A stretch of DNA of 51,313 nucleotides from Paraglomus brasilianum (taxonomy: Eukaryota). This document shows, in pieces, positions 25,801 to 39,595 of this stretch; position 1 is the stretch's first letter, and the number at the start of each line of letters is the position of its first letter. Both the position numbers and the translations under genes were made by a program. Location: NCBI GenBank assembly GCA_910592345.1, contig CAJVPI010000124.1:1-51313 (forward strand). Direction: 5' to 3'. The notes beneath the pieces were generated by a model. It was given only the letters and a program-made list of their open reading frames with translations, ran no database searches and had not been told where the DNA came from.

Positions 25801-26719
25801 ATAACGCGAATGACGTAAGTTTCTTCGCAACGCGGTTTGTTGACAATTTGGTATTACTATACTACATTCTCTTATTAGCATTCGTTTCCTCGTTTAGGCA
25901 TCGTTTATTACTTATTTCTCTGCCACTCATTGCTTGAAAGCTTCACGTAATTAAGCAAATTTGTCTTTCCGAAATCTCTCTTTAGCAATTACAATTACAA
26001 CTAAATATATTGTCTTTTCATATTCAGCAAAACTATACTATTACCCGATAGTATGCCTTTTTCTACAATAAGATGGAATGAACAGTGTGCAGTCACTAAT
26101 AACTTACAAAGTCACAATTCAGACAGGATATCTTCTTCCCGAAATCAAATGGCATTGATATCGGAAACCCAGTTTTAGGTTCGAATAAAGAATGTTAAAA
26201 TGTGACGAATGAAATTGCACAAATGGAGATGTTGGTATTGTCAGAAAGCGTACCTGGTGAAAATTGGTTAAGCCAAATCTGTGGCGTCCAGCAATTTTAA
26301 CCAATATCCGTGGAGTCATGTACTTTAATATCGAAGCCAGTAAATTATCCTTCTGTTGATACACCTGTTTCGATCGAAGGTATGTAACAGACGCGACAAT
26401 AATACAGCACTCCACACAAAAGAATGTATGACATGAGAATTTGGGGCAATTGTCTTTGCTTGGGAAAAAATGTAATGTTCAACTGTTCGAAACTATGTGA
26501 AATGTCTCACGCTTGAGCAAACTCGTCAGCAGTTGTTTCGCTTACTTATTCCAAAAATATACTAGAACGGAATGATGTGTAACATCCCGCTTAGATCACG
26601 TGCAATAGAGCATTGTGTGTTGTATAAATATCGCAGTATCATGTGCAAGTGCCGCGATACAAGTTACTTGTCGTCACCCCAATTTTTGCGTACATCATAA
26701 TATTCGTATCCAGAATCTA

Positions 26720-27163
26720 ATGCAATCTTCACTCAAGTTCGCTTGCTCGCTTTTCCTGATCCTTATCATAATCCTTATCAACTCGCCCCCCTCTTCATCG
26801 ACGCTCTCTGCAACTCCGTCGACTCCAGGCTGCCCGCTCTCGACAAAATGTCCATATTACTCGTCTCTGATCTCTCATTCTCCGCTTCCCTCCATTGACT
26901 GGTCAAATTCTGACTGTCCGCTAAAGGATAAATGTCCATACTTTGAGAAACTCAGGAAGGAATTTGATGAGAATAACGGAGTTGTAGGTGATAGATGTCC
27001 GTATTTGAGTAAATGTCCACATGCAAACGATAAAGAGAAGACGCCTGGGGACGTGAACAAGTGTCCGCATTTTAAACATGATGGCGCGGAGGGACATGGG
27101 GATGTGACCAAATGTCCGCATTTGAAAAAGAAGAAGGAAGAGGAAGCGAGAGACGAGTTGTAG
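26720..27163 (+). CDS. Uncharacterised 147-aa secretory-pathway protein with 8 Cys-Pro motifs and C-terminal RDEL
   Basis: Intronless ORF from ATG 26720, with TATAAA at about 26623. Hydrophobic N-terminus FACSLFLILIIILI. Motifs GCP, KCPY, DCP, KCPY, RCPY and KCPH x3. Ends ARDEL*. Confidence 0.75.
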   Translation: MQSSLKFACSLFLILIIILINSPPSSSTLSATPSTPGCPLSTKCPYYSSLISHSPLPSIDWSNSDCPLKDKCPYFEKLRKEFDENNGVVGDRCPYLSKCPHANDKEKTPGDVNKCPHFKHDGAEGHGDVTKCPHLKKKKEEEARDEL

Positions 27164-27433
27164 TTGAAGGGAATGTCAAATCATGATTGTGGATAGGAGA
27201 TGTTATCATATGGTTCGTCGTTAAATGGGAGCCGACTAAAAAAATACCCCTCCCTCTAATAGCTCTGAGCGCCACTTTCGAATTAACCGTTTTCATCATA
27301 GTCTGATTACGAATAAATATGGGATATTATCCTCATTAACATGACGTATCATTAATACATCACTATGACATCTGATGTAAATGTGTAGCTTACGGTATAT
27401 ATAACAGCCGTCCCAGACTTTCTTTGATCCCAA

Positions 27434-28178
27434 ATGTCTGCTATTTCGGGAGAAAAGCCTAAAATATCCGTTGGGGATCGACTCCCTGAGGACCTGTATT
27501 TTGGAGCATTAAATGAAGGAGAGGTCGAACCTAGAAAAGTCACTGTGAAAGAAGTATTCGGTGGGAAGAATGTCGTCATGTTCGGGATTCCTGGTAGGAG
27601 ACGATAAATACCATTTATTATTATTGCGACTTCCGTAACCAGAATGACGGATTGTGTTCTTGTCATCAGGTGCATTTACATCGGTCTGCAGTTCGAAACA
27701 TCTCCCCCAATATTACGACAGATACGAAAAGTTAAAGCAGAAAGGTGTCGATATTGTTGCATGTACTGCAGTGAATGGTAATGAAATTTCTAGTCACCGG
27801 CTTGAATCGAAAAGAATGAATTGGGTCTATTCCATGACATTCCACTCATCTCCTAATATACTCTATCTATATTCTTATTCTATAATTTGAATCCTTTCTA
27901 CCAAAGACCCATACGTTCTTCGTGAATGGGCACGCAACCACAACACAGCGGACAAAATTTTAATGCTTGCTGATGGAGATGCGACCTTCCATTCCGCCCT
28001 CAGTCTCATTCAACGGCTTCCGTTCGCCGGCATTCGTAATTATAGATATTCCATGTATGTTAGTGATTGTGTTGTGAAGATTTTTAATCTCGAAGAGCCT
28101 GGAGCGTTGAGTTATAAAGTGTCTGGGCCGGACCGTATGTTACAAGATTTGGAGAGATTACAGAAGGAGGGTAAATAG
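27434..28178 (+). CDS. Peroxiredoxin, Prx5/Ahp1 (redoxin) family
   Basis: ISVGDRLP, FGIPG|AFTSVCSSKHLP (PxxxTxxC motif), AVN|DPYVLREW, MLADGDATF, RNYRYSM. 2 introns. Confidence 0.92.
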
Positions 28179-29623
28179 AATGATGTGTCTTTATAGTAGT
28201 GCATTCATTGAATCTGTACTAAATGCTTATGAGCGTGAAACTTGTAAATTGGAATCAATAAATTTGTTACTTTGAACGTATGTTTACCAGAGACCACACA
28301 GTCAGATTGCTTGCTGTTCGTATTGACGTGGGTCGAAATGGAATGGGTACGAATGTTGTGAATGCACTTGTTGTAACGTCCAATCTTGACTGGTAAGACT
28401 CGTATTAACGTGTATAGTATGACGAGGAGCTAACCAGCAAGCATTGGCAGAATATCAAATTTTCGATGTAATTAATGCATGTGCCACATTGCTTTACGAT
28501 ACAGGCCTTCATGTTTCAAAACAACTATCTTTCGAGAAAATAATTCGAAGTTCATCGGATGACCGTAGTGCTTATTGTTCAAGGTTGATCGCGAATACAG
28601 AAATTTGTTCTTCGGGAATTGTTCGCCTTCTTTACGTGAAAGAATAAGCGATTCCCATTTCAGCTATCGAATGCTTTTGGAGTCTGTCTCTCCTAGTGCA
28701 CGTGCAATCAAGGCAATTATAATGAAATTTAAGAAAACGTGATATTTGGTATAAATCGAATTAATGGTCTAACTTTCGTCAGTTTATGCAATTTCACAAT
28801 ACTTTACCTTTGAAGTAATAGCGGACCCCTTCAGCAGGTGAGATATAAAGTTAAGCGTTTGTATCTTCTCTCTATTATATGTAAAAGAATAACATGATTG
28901 GTGATCCCGTGACAATCACTAACCAATAAGTCAACTTTAGAACCGCACTTTTTTGTTTGTGACGAACAGTTACATAATGGTAGCATTTTATAAATTAATA
29001 AATAAACTGTGAGAGGGTGTCGATCTTTGTTTTTATCATGTGCAGATCCCTCGTAACGTTAAGCATATTATATTAATATAACAAAAAAAGGAAAACAAAG
29101 GGAATAATTAAAACAAGAGCATTCGACAGCATTATTTTATAACTTAATATTTCATTTCATGTTGAGAATTTCCGCTCATTCGTTTCAATGTCGATTTTTC
29201 GAATTTTTGAAACAGTTTAGATTTGTTCCCGCTTGCTCACTTCTAAAGAAAGAATTACCACAGCATTTTTGCTAATTAACGTTTCCAATTAACAACAGCA
29301 AGCGCAGTCTTCATTATTTGTTTTTGTTCCTGCTGTCACTCGCATAATAAATCATAACTTATTCCATAACGAACAGCCCCTAGCGTACTACAAAAAATAC
29401 AGCTTACCAACCAAGTCAGACTACATGCTCAAAAACCACAAGAATTTAAATGTACAACATAATACCTAATTCCTTTAAAAATACAGACGACAGTTATTAG
29501 GTATAACGAGGTTTTTCTCAAGACATTAACTTTTCTGCCTTAAACCATCAACTTTTTAATCATTATATAAGGTTGATTCTGTTGGAAATTACCCGTCAAC
29601 TTACCTGAACATAGTATGTTGAA

Positions 29624-31491
29624 ATGGCAGATAACAATTTCATACCATCATCCAAAGAAGCTAACCGCGTACAAGCTCTCGAACGGCCCGAAACTTTTGT
29701 AGACAAACGTCAGGCCCTCATTAAGAAATTTGACAACGCCTCCTTTTCTTGGTTTTATGCTCGGGCGTGCATAGTTGCAGGATTTGGGTTTTTTACAGAT
29801 GGATACGGTTGGCATGTAATAAGTTTTGTGAGCCCGATGGTGGGTTATGCTTATAACGACGATTCTGCTACATCAAAAAATGCCGCTATTGGCCTAAAAA
29901 TATCAGGCCCCTTTGGCATGATGATCGGCCAGCTAGTGTTTGGCTATTTGGCAGATCGCTATGGTAGGAAAAAGGTATTTAAATGCATAAAATACTGGTT
30001 AAAGTGTTAATTTGACAGAAAAAAAAGGGACAACAGTCGTCATTCTAATGAATTGGTTATAAATATAAATCTGTGATATTAGATATATGGTACGGAACTT
30101 ATGATTATTATAGGCGCAACAATCTGTTGTGCTCTCGCCGGCAGTGGACAAGCCGTATCGGCGATCGGCAACTTAATATTTTTTAGATTTATTCTTGGCA
30201 TTGGAATGGGTGGTGATTATCCAGCTAGCATACGTATGTATAAACCTTTAGTCTCAATTAGTTATTGATATTATCAACCTTTGCTTTTGTGATATTTACT
30301 TTATTTAATCTCGAAAGTACTCGTTTCTGAGTTTGCTCCAAAAGCCTATAGAGGAAGGATGCTGGCAGTAACATATATTATGATTGCAATGGGTATGCTT
30401 ACGGCCTGTTTAGTCACCATTGCCGTTCTTGGTGCGATGCATACCGACATCGATAATGATACACGCAACTTTGACTATGCGTGGCGCATAATCGTTGGTC
30501 TTGGAACAATTCCTGCTGTTATCGCTCTGTTCTTTCGGTTGACTATTCCTGAGACACCACGATTTGTCTTGGATATCGAGGAAAACCTCGATCAGGCAGC
30601 GGACGACATTAACTTCATCGTGTCAGGAAATGTAAAGTATAATAATAACCGTCGACATCAAAATAACGCCAACAAAACAACACTAGCAGCCGTGTACAGC
30701 CATTTTCGTGAATGGAAACACGGGCGAGTGTTGCTCGCAGCATCTTTTGCGTGGTTCTTTGTGGACCTTGCAACTTACGGGTTTCGTTCTGACACTCCTC
30801 TGGCAGGCATTAACTTGGCCGCCCGGGAAGATACTCCTTATGAGAGGGTTTTGGAGAAAAATTACAACAGTGCCATCTGCCTAGTGTCTGGGTTCTTTCC
30901 AGGCGCGATAACGACCTTTTTTACTATTGACCATTACGGCAGAAAACCAATTACATATTTTGGCTTTGCCATGTCGGCGATTTTGTTTGTTATTTTTGGT
31001 AGTATCATTGGATTTGCACCCATGACCATGGCAGTCAGATCTCAATGGAATATTGCAATGACAACAATTATAATGGTAAGAATATGTATACTCAACTCAA
31101 CTCGTATCGACGTTTGTTGGTAGTATTACATAACAATTTTTTGTTCTTTCAAATAAAGTTTTTTCAGACATGTGGGCCGGACCCGGTGACATTTCTGATA
31201 GCGGGGGAACTTTTCCCCACTCGCTTTCGTTCAACAGGGTATGCCATTACAGCAGCTATTGGTAAATTGGCTGCTGTGATTTCATATTTGGGATTCGAAC
31301 TCTTATTTGATGTCGAAGAAATGGATAAGAATCCTAAACGTGTGTTTTATTGGTCTCTTATTCTTGCCTTTGCAATGTTGTTTGGAATGGGTTTTACTTA
31401 TTACTTACCGGAAACTAATGGTCGTTCATTGGAAGAAATAGCTGGAGAAAACACTGAAAATGAAATAGGTTTAAACAATAATACTAGATAA
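29624..31491 (+). CDS. Phosphate:H+ symporter family (PHO84/PHT1-like) MFS transporter, divergent
   Basis: GFGFFTD, FGYLADRYGRKK, GIGMGGDYP, RLTIPETPRF, GELFPTRFRSTG, PETNGRSLEE. 3 introns. Confidence 0.88.
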
Positions 31492-31619
31492 TGATAATCA
31501 GTTTATGGTTGTAAACAACAACATAAAAGACGCTTGCTTTCCAAACGTAAACGCGAAACCACTTTTTACTTGAATTTGTATTTGCCAACTTTTACGTCAT
31601 TTGATTGCGATATTTAATA

Positions 31620-31620
31620 C

Positions 31621-31657
<37 letters not shown>
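31620..31657 (+). repeat. (AAT)n microsatellite
   Basis: About 12 AAT units. Confidence 0.9.
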
Positions 31658-31658
<1 letters not shown>

Positions 31659-32856
31659 GCCTAAGCGCTGAGCAAAATTTTTTAGATAATTAATTTGTCT
31701 TTCAAAACTTGTCTAAATGCATATTACGACAACATACGAATGCGTTTTTTAAACGCATCTACTAAGAAAAAGCGCTGAAATAATTATTGCGTTATAAAAT
31801 ATTTTATAATAATAATCAGACGGCTCCAAACCTTTTTTGTAACATACGTAAAAAGTGAAAACTATTCAAGTATTGGCTACAAACACCCGTACTCGCTAAA
31901 TGCTACTTCTCGCGTAATGCGCTTGTTCACGGTACCAGAGCAACACAAACTGTTCGATGAAGTATTATTATGGTTGGGTGATAATAATGTATTTCCCATA
32001 CTCACAAGTGTACGTTCTCTGAAGTCATTGCCTTTTTGAATTTTTTTCTCTTAAAAATACAGAAGAATATGCTGATAAAGACAAAGGATATGTACGTCTC
32101 GTGGAGGATGAAGAAGGGGACACCAGGAGTGTTCGCATAATTACGCGAAATAAACAATTTCTTTATTTTATTGAGAAGTCTGAAGATGTTAGTTTTATAT
32201 TTGGATGAAAGTGAGCTATATCATTCAAAGCGTGGCCTCAAAATAGCATTCAAATAAATGAACGCTGTATCCCCTTACCACTGTCTGTATTGGTAATACG
32301 GATCAGAATTTGCTCAGTAGTTGCTTCGACGGGAAATTCTTAATCAATCTTTGAAACTGAGCATGAGTTAACTTGACGGGAAATTCTATATTGAATTACT
32401 CGAAGAAAATTTGTCAAAAATTATTGTTTGCCACGTGAAGAATAAGATGTAAGGAAGAAGTCTGTTAGAGACTTCGTTATTTTTGGGAAGGTCCGTAGGT
32501 CGGGGCTTATTTGTATCTAGCTAAAATACATTTACGAATCATAATTGCCACCACATGAAATGTATTTCAGAGCATAAAAAATCACTCGTTTATTAGAAAA
32601 AGTGAACATGATCAAGAACATGAGGAAAACTAATGGAAAATCGAGCTACTTATATATCTAAAAGTGCTGCACTCGCTGCGCGTATTAGTATAGAGTTTTG
32701 CATCTACTAATTTTATTATGCTATACTAATACATACCATGTAAATAATTTCTATTACTTATTACTATGCAGACAACTAAACCATGTGACCAAATTTTAGC
32801 TAAACACAAAAATTAAATTTATAGAATTGTTGTCCCTTCCTTCCCCAGACAAGAAT

Positions 32857-34581
32857 ATGGACTTCCTAAAAGCAGAGATCGAAAAGAAAAGAAAAAGAAT
32901 TGATTCACTACAGGGTACCGGAGACTCTACAACGAAGAAGTACATGCGTCAGAGAGATCTAGAGAAAAAAAGAGAGGAAGAATATTTGAGGGAACAAACT
33001 GAGAGAGAGACACAGCGGGAGGTATGATATGGTACACGCGATAATAGTCAACATAAAGAAAGGATTTGAAAGATTATAACTAGCGATTTCTCTTTTTTTT
33101 TATTGCAGGAGAAGTTGAAGGAGAAGAATCGGGCGGTACGATTCTACACGTTTTGATAAATCTTCATAGTCTCTCTTTCCTGTGTCGTGTCTAATTCTCG
33201 TTCAATTTACATTATTAGCAATTCTTACGCCTAGCCGAACAAAAAAAAGGAGATAAATCAGGTTCAGATGGAGAAAGCCATAATGCCGATGTAAGCACTG
33301 ACTTAATGTTTGCATTCAATATAAGTTTCCTTTGACTTTTGTTCTCTTGTATAACCCATGGTGAACTCGTTATTTTCCTTTAAACTTGTTCCAAGAATGG
33401 TAATAGGGATACGTTGAATATTGCCGTAGATGAAGTAGTACGTCGTCTTCGCGCAAAAGGACAACCGATTCGACTTTTCGGCGAAACCGATGAAGAGCGC
33501 AAGATCCGTCTAAGAGCCCTTGAAGTCATTGAGGAGAGAACGGAAGTAAGTGATGAACCAGATTTATTTGTGCTGATTATACAAAGATATATACAGTTAC
33601 CACTTATATATGCAATAGGGTCAACGAAATGATTTTATGAAAACACTGGAAGAGATGGAGACGGGTCTAGACCTCGAAGTGCTTGGCTCACGAGGTGACG
33701 ACTCTGCTGATAAAGATGAGAAGAAAAAGAAGATTATCGAAGACTCGGCGTTGGTGAGTTACTGTCATGCTCTCATTACGTTGTACCTAATTAGCTATCG
33801 TCTGTCGATGACTAATATCTAAATCTTGTCATAGGACGCAACTCAAATAACACTGGAATTACTAGAAAAAGATCCGGACAAACTTCATATGTTAATTTAC
33901 ACATTTTTCAAGAGACTTTTGCGAGAGTGGGAACAGGAATTGAATAATCGCCTTGACAATGTAAAGCGTAGTACTCAGGGTAAACTTCAGGCCGCTATTC
34001 AGAGACAAACTACCGAATATTTGAGACCATTCTTTCGAACATTGAAGAGAAAGGTACGAGTGATAAACTAGTTCGGTTTTCATTGGGAAATTGGTTGTTG
34101 ATTGAGCAGATTATTGTGGACTTTACGGTGTGGATGTTATCCATATACCATAGATTTCTTATGTACTTTTGGAACCCAAATTCAGAGAATAGAGCCCGAT
34201 GTATTGGCACGAGTCACTGAAATAACGCATTACATGCAAAAGCGAGAATATATAAATGCCAACGATGCATATTTACGACTATCGATTGGTAATGCCCCAT
34301 GGCCCATCGGGGTTACTATGGTGGGGTAAGTAATATGTCAAATAAGCAAACAACACGGTTACAAATCTTTATATTACGAGATTCTTTTAACTCATACACA
34401 TGCATTCCTCTTTCCTCTCAGTATCCACGAACGTTCGGCGCGTGAGAAGATTTTCTCGGCTCAGGTAGCTCATGTACTCAATGACGAAGCCACCCGTAAG
34501 TGGATTCAGTCGATAAAAAGGTTAATGACCTTTTGCCAATCGAAATATCCCCCCAAAGATAATTCGCAGCTGATGGGATGA
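32857..34581 (+). CDS. PRP18: Pre-mRNA splicing factor Prp18
   Basis: [30 protein letters not shown] (PRP4-like motif), [51 protein letters not shown]. 7 introns. Confidence 0.95.
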
Positions 34582-35147
34582 GAATCGTATGCGGATATAG
34601 AAGACTTGGAGATACACTATTAATTGGGGATAATCGTAATTGTTAAATAAATTATACTCACGCAATTGTTAATCTAATATTACATTCGGAAGAGACTTTA
34701 GAAAGACTATATTAAGATAGCTTGTTTTTCTACGGTGACTTTTTCATATTAATGTTTATTAATGATACAATTAAGGAAAGAGTTCAATCTGTGTTATTTA
34801 TTGTCCGCCCAGCAAAAGGTTGGGGCTGAAAACGAATTTTATTAAATTCGCTCAAAAAGTTAAATGATCGTTTAGAATACATAAAACTTCGAATTCAATA
34901 CACCCAGCTGGGATCGATTCACGTTGAGTGTACTCTGCAAGTAGACAATAAACAATGTATTGAGATCTCTTCTCATTTAGAAGACTGCAATTCACATCCG
35001 TTTGAGTAGCTTAGTTACAACTATAATTATATCATCCTCCCTCCCTCCCTCCCTTCCTACAAGCAATTGTTCTTGAAACCGAATATGAAACATACTCATT
35101 TAGCATCCAAGAATCCCCAAACCTTCATTCTTTTCCAGAGATTAGTT

Positions 35148-35773
35148 TTACGTCGACATCTCTTCCGGAGTCAAGATTCCCAGTTCATCCTTAAGAGGCT
35201 TCAATTCTTCCAAGTATAAATTATATTGTTGCTGATTCTCGACTTTTTGTTTAAGACCCTCAAGAATTCTAACTGCAGTAGAATAATCATCCATACGTCG
35301 GGCAGCATTGAGTGCTGCCTCGATTATCGGGACGGCGGGAACTAAGTCGTAAGCAAAGCAATTGTTTAAGCCGCGTTGCAAGTCGAATAAATCTTCGGCG
35401 TTTTCAAAGTATTTAACGAAACGATCGGTAAATGCCTCAAAGGATTCATCTTCATGTCCCGAGGAGTATAATCGGATGCTTGCGGATGCGATCGAAGGGA
35501 CTTGGAAAGAGGAAAGGCAGAATAGAGAGATTATTAATAGTACAAATGAAATTGTAGTCTTGTTTTGTTAATATTTCTAAAAGATACTTTTATTTCCTAT
35601 CCCTTTTCTTTTCCTGCTCTTACTCTTGCTCTTTCCGATCTTTTTCTCCATGTTCTATTCAACCTACCGACAGTTTCCAACGGTCTGGCTCTCCTCATAC
35701 CCAGTGCACTCCTACGATAGGTTTCAATACCAACTCGAGGAAATACGCGAATGATGGCAGGGAGTCTGTTCAT
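35148..35773 (-). CDS. COX6: Cytochrome c oxidase subunit VI (COX5A family), mitochondrial precursor
   Basis: Arg-rich presequence exon 35773-35668, then ...RLYSSGHEDESFEAFT...LQRGLNNCFAYDLVP...AALNAARRMDDYSTAVRILEGLKQK...ELGILTPEEM. Confidence 0.9.
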
Positions 35774-36482
35774 GTTCACCTATCACTATCGAGTTGTTCC
35801 TATGTCTATTTGTAATGAGTTACAGTTGGGAGACGATGCGATGGACAAGATTTTTTTGTCGCGAGAAGAGATACAGCTTAATTTATATATTGCTATATAC
35901 TGTGTTGTGTTGCCTACAAAGAATTTTTTTATCGGGAGATGGTTTATTATTCTTAGACGATCTGTCCTACATCAATAAGAGATGATCTCATGGCGCAATG
36001 TCATGGCACAGCGGCACAAACGCGCGATGAAGGAGAACATTTATGCATTTAGAGAGGAGGAATCTGATTGGTTTCATATTACATTAGCGAAAGCTCAATA
36101 TTATTAAGCGTGGGGTATTTTATTGATTTTACGTGACTCAATAGACGTATTAGTATACCAATGTAACGTTCAGACTCTCACGTGTTTTAACAACTCTTTG
36201 GAGTCTTGTTGCTGCAAATGGACGAGCGATTTCTAAGCCGTTTGCGACATTATCATAACGATTCGAATAAATACGACAGATTCAATAATGGAAGTTACAC
36301 TCCTACAATGACCGTCTTTACTGAAATTTAGACAAAGATTTATAAAGCTGTCTAAACGAACCTTGTTGAGGCATGTTTAAACAACACGCCAATTTTGTAT
36401 CGGTAAATATTCAATGTAATAGTAACGTAACTTAATGTTAGCTTTCTCGGTAACACAAAAGTTGGTTATATGATTATATTGC

Positions 36483-36483
<1 letters not shown>

Positions 36484-36513
<30 letters not shown>
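36484..36513 (+). repeat. (ATT)n microsatellite
   Basis: About 10 ATT units. Confidence 0.85.
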
Positions 36514-36517
<4 letters not shown>

Positions 36518-39279
36518 TTATTATGTCAATATTCGCATTTTTGGCATGGTACCCTATATTAAAAATTCGAGTTCTCAACGAAGAAACAAGATGTTTGGGC
36601 AATTGTTTATAAATCCAGTGGCGGTTTTTTCTTGCGCTTTTAAATAAGTATAAATGTGCGTAAAGTTATATGCGGTTTAATTTTTAACATTTGAGTCGCA
36701 TAACCTAATTTTAACTTTTTTTGTAGAACAAAAGTCTAGGTAAATTCGTAATTTTACGATTTAACATCTTGCCTGTAATAGTAATAGTAATAGGAGTATG
36801 TTAAATTCAGTGTTAATTTCATGGCAATTATTGAGACTATAGTGCGTTTCATTGTTTGTGTCTTTTAATGATGCACGTTTTGTATAATTTAACCATTTAA
36901 TGCAATAAATATCAGTTTTTTGTAAAATATAAAAGTTTTGCAGATGGTTTACCAACTTCTTCAAGACCGATTTTGTCTTCATGTCATTTTTTATCGATCA
37001 CCAGAATTCACCTAATGTCCGTCTTCGCAACACGGAATGCTTCCTCACTGATAATAATAAATTGTCAATCATTAATCCATCATGTGAAAAGAAAGAATGT
37101 GAGCGCTATGCTACCTTACTCCCACATAATGTTTGAAATCAATTAATTTATCAATAAGTGAGCCTTTGTTCATTTAATATCAAGATAGCATAAAACGTAC
37201 ATTAGAATATTAATTCTAGCAACGAACATATAAACTTCAAATAATAGTGGTATATGTATAGTTACGTTAAAATGTCTGAGAATATGCTGGGTATTCAAAA
37301 GAGAGGCATATAACGGTGTTCTCTTTTAGCGGTTCCCAGCACTGAAACATCTGGTTCCATTTCGGCCGGTTTGGATACCAAATGTCCTTCAAACTCTTTT
37401 TTGATCTACAGACGGTTGTTCATAATTGGAGACTAATCGAAAGCCATTGTTTTGGGGACCAATCTTCCACTGCATTGTGACTTTTCATTTCGTTAGTCAA
37501 GATAATAAGAACTATTTAAATTAGAAAATAAACTCAACTGAATTAGAAAAGCAGAACCGTAAGTCCAAATTTCCAATTAAGATGTTCATGCACAAATCTC
37601 TGTGAGCTGAGAACTAGCCAGACGGTCTACCAGGACCATCTCTGAAGGAGACATACTGTATATAGTAAATATATAGGCCTCCATAAAGTACTATACCAAA
37701 AACACACCCTATGAGTGGGGCGGCCTTCGGACTCCGCCATTGCCTCCCACTTCTCCCCCAGCTAGACTGTACAGCTAGTTAATTATGTAATATAGTTTTA
37801 CTAAGTTTTGTATAATAGAATATGTAGTTTAATATATAGATTCATTTAATTATTTATTATGTATATGCTTAAGCCTTTTCACCTTTAGCATTCAATTGTA
37901 GGTGCAACTAATGATAATAAAGGAATGCAAAACTCCAGATAGTTCTACTACTACCCATCTATTTTCTAAAATAAACCAAGTATCATGCCAGAAAAAAAGT
38001 GCTGTCTGACTATGAGGATCCTGTGTTACATAAAAGTTTGTCTAGTGGCAAGAAGCAATGTAAATTAAACATCTAATTTTCAGCACAATCAACTTACACA
38101 AATATAAATAATTTGATTGACCAATGAGCCAAATATCCAAGAGATAAATTCTTGCACAAGAATGTGTTTCAAGTCATAGTTATGGATGCCTTCCAAGAAT
38201 CACAAAAAAGCATAACCAGTGTTGGTGTGGCTACCTGATTTTAAATACACAGCATCAATCCAACAGCATTTCTGAAATCACAATTGTCTGTCAATAATAA
38301 CTCTGTATACAGAAAGCTGTAAAGCATAATAATAAGTCATACCTTAAATGATATCATTACATCATGCAATGAGAATTTTTCCTTCAGTGGCTGGTGAACC
38401 AATAGTTGAATATCTAAATTTAAAATTGTCCTAACTGGAGCACTTATTTAAGTTGAATAAACAGATATTACACTTACAGCTTAACACATGTTTGAATTAT
38501 TCTTTGTAGTCCAAAATTCATGGCACTACCTTCTTGTGCATGCTTGCATACTCATAAGTTTTGCAACTTACACAGTTCTATGAAAAAAATGTCAGTCTTT
38601 TTTTTTTTTTTTTTTTTTTTTTTTTGCAAAAGTATTGCAAAAGATAGGTCTTAGTCTTACCTTCTTAGGACCTAATACATCCAGAACACATTTGTATGCA
38701 GATTGGTTATGATTTTCCTGTAATCTGCCAATTAAAGATCTTAATTCTTCAAACTGGGCTAACCTCAATTGAACATCACTAGTACTAGGGAAATTAGCAG
38801 GCAAAGGCTGCAAAGATGTGTTCATCCCAATGGCTACTTCTTTTATCTAACCCTAAGCCCAACAAATGAGAGAACTCTTCCTCTGAAAGGAAGCATCTGG
38901 CATGGCAAAGGGTTGATGGTGCCAAGACTCTCCTCAAAGATATTTTGCAATCTAAGCACTTGCAGGAAGAAATATGCTAATATATAATATATTGATCATA
39001 TTATTTCAGCTATTATTGCTCTGTTCAAAAAATTTAAAATGCAAATCTAGTTAGCTTGTCAGTTGAATACTTATGGTTACTTACACAGATTACTTACATT
39101 GTTTTGGAATCCAAAAAGGATTTCATCATTCATTATGCAAGGCTTACAATGCAGTAGATCCTGCATGTCAATGGACATGACTGTGTTGGTCAGATTCCAC
39201 CTGGATAGTTGTCAAAACTATATAAAGAGTTCTACGTTTACATTGTTGACTATATGTCAAATGCAAGCTTTGAGATATA

Positions 39280-39467
39280 CAGTCAAACCTCTATAAAAGA
39301 ACACAGTTGGGACAGCCAAGTTATGTTATATCATAGAGGCATTCTCTTGTAGAGCCTATTCATTTACTAATAACTCAGATTTGTCCCATGATAAAATATT
39401 CTTCATGAGAGGGTGTTCCTTTATAGAGGGTTCTTTTATTATTATTATTATTATGGAGGTTTGACTG
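39280..39467. mobile_element. 188-bp pogo/Tc1-like MITE
   Basis: TA|CAGTCAAACCTCTATA ... TATGGAGGTTTGACTG|TA: terminal inverted repeats with a TA target-site duplication. Confidence 0.88.
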
Positions 39468-39595
39468 TATGTGGAAAGTTTGTGTCAATTGGTACTCCTA
39501 TTTGTGATAACATAATAAAACTATTGAGCAGATGACAACAATTACAATAACCAATGCATCTTGTGATGGGACATGTGTGTCAGCTGGATGCTGAT

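Noticed and set aside
26615..26719. Longer 182-aa version of the CP-motif ORF
   Set aside because: It begins at a non-ATG codon and overlaps the TATA box. ATG 26720 places the signal peptide at the N-terminus.
37714..37765. GC-rich hairpin followed by CTAG, resembling a Helitron 3' end
   Set aside because: CTAG is followed by A rather than T, no 5' TC end or Rep/helicase was seen, and the decayed region lies on the wrong side.
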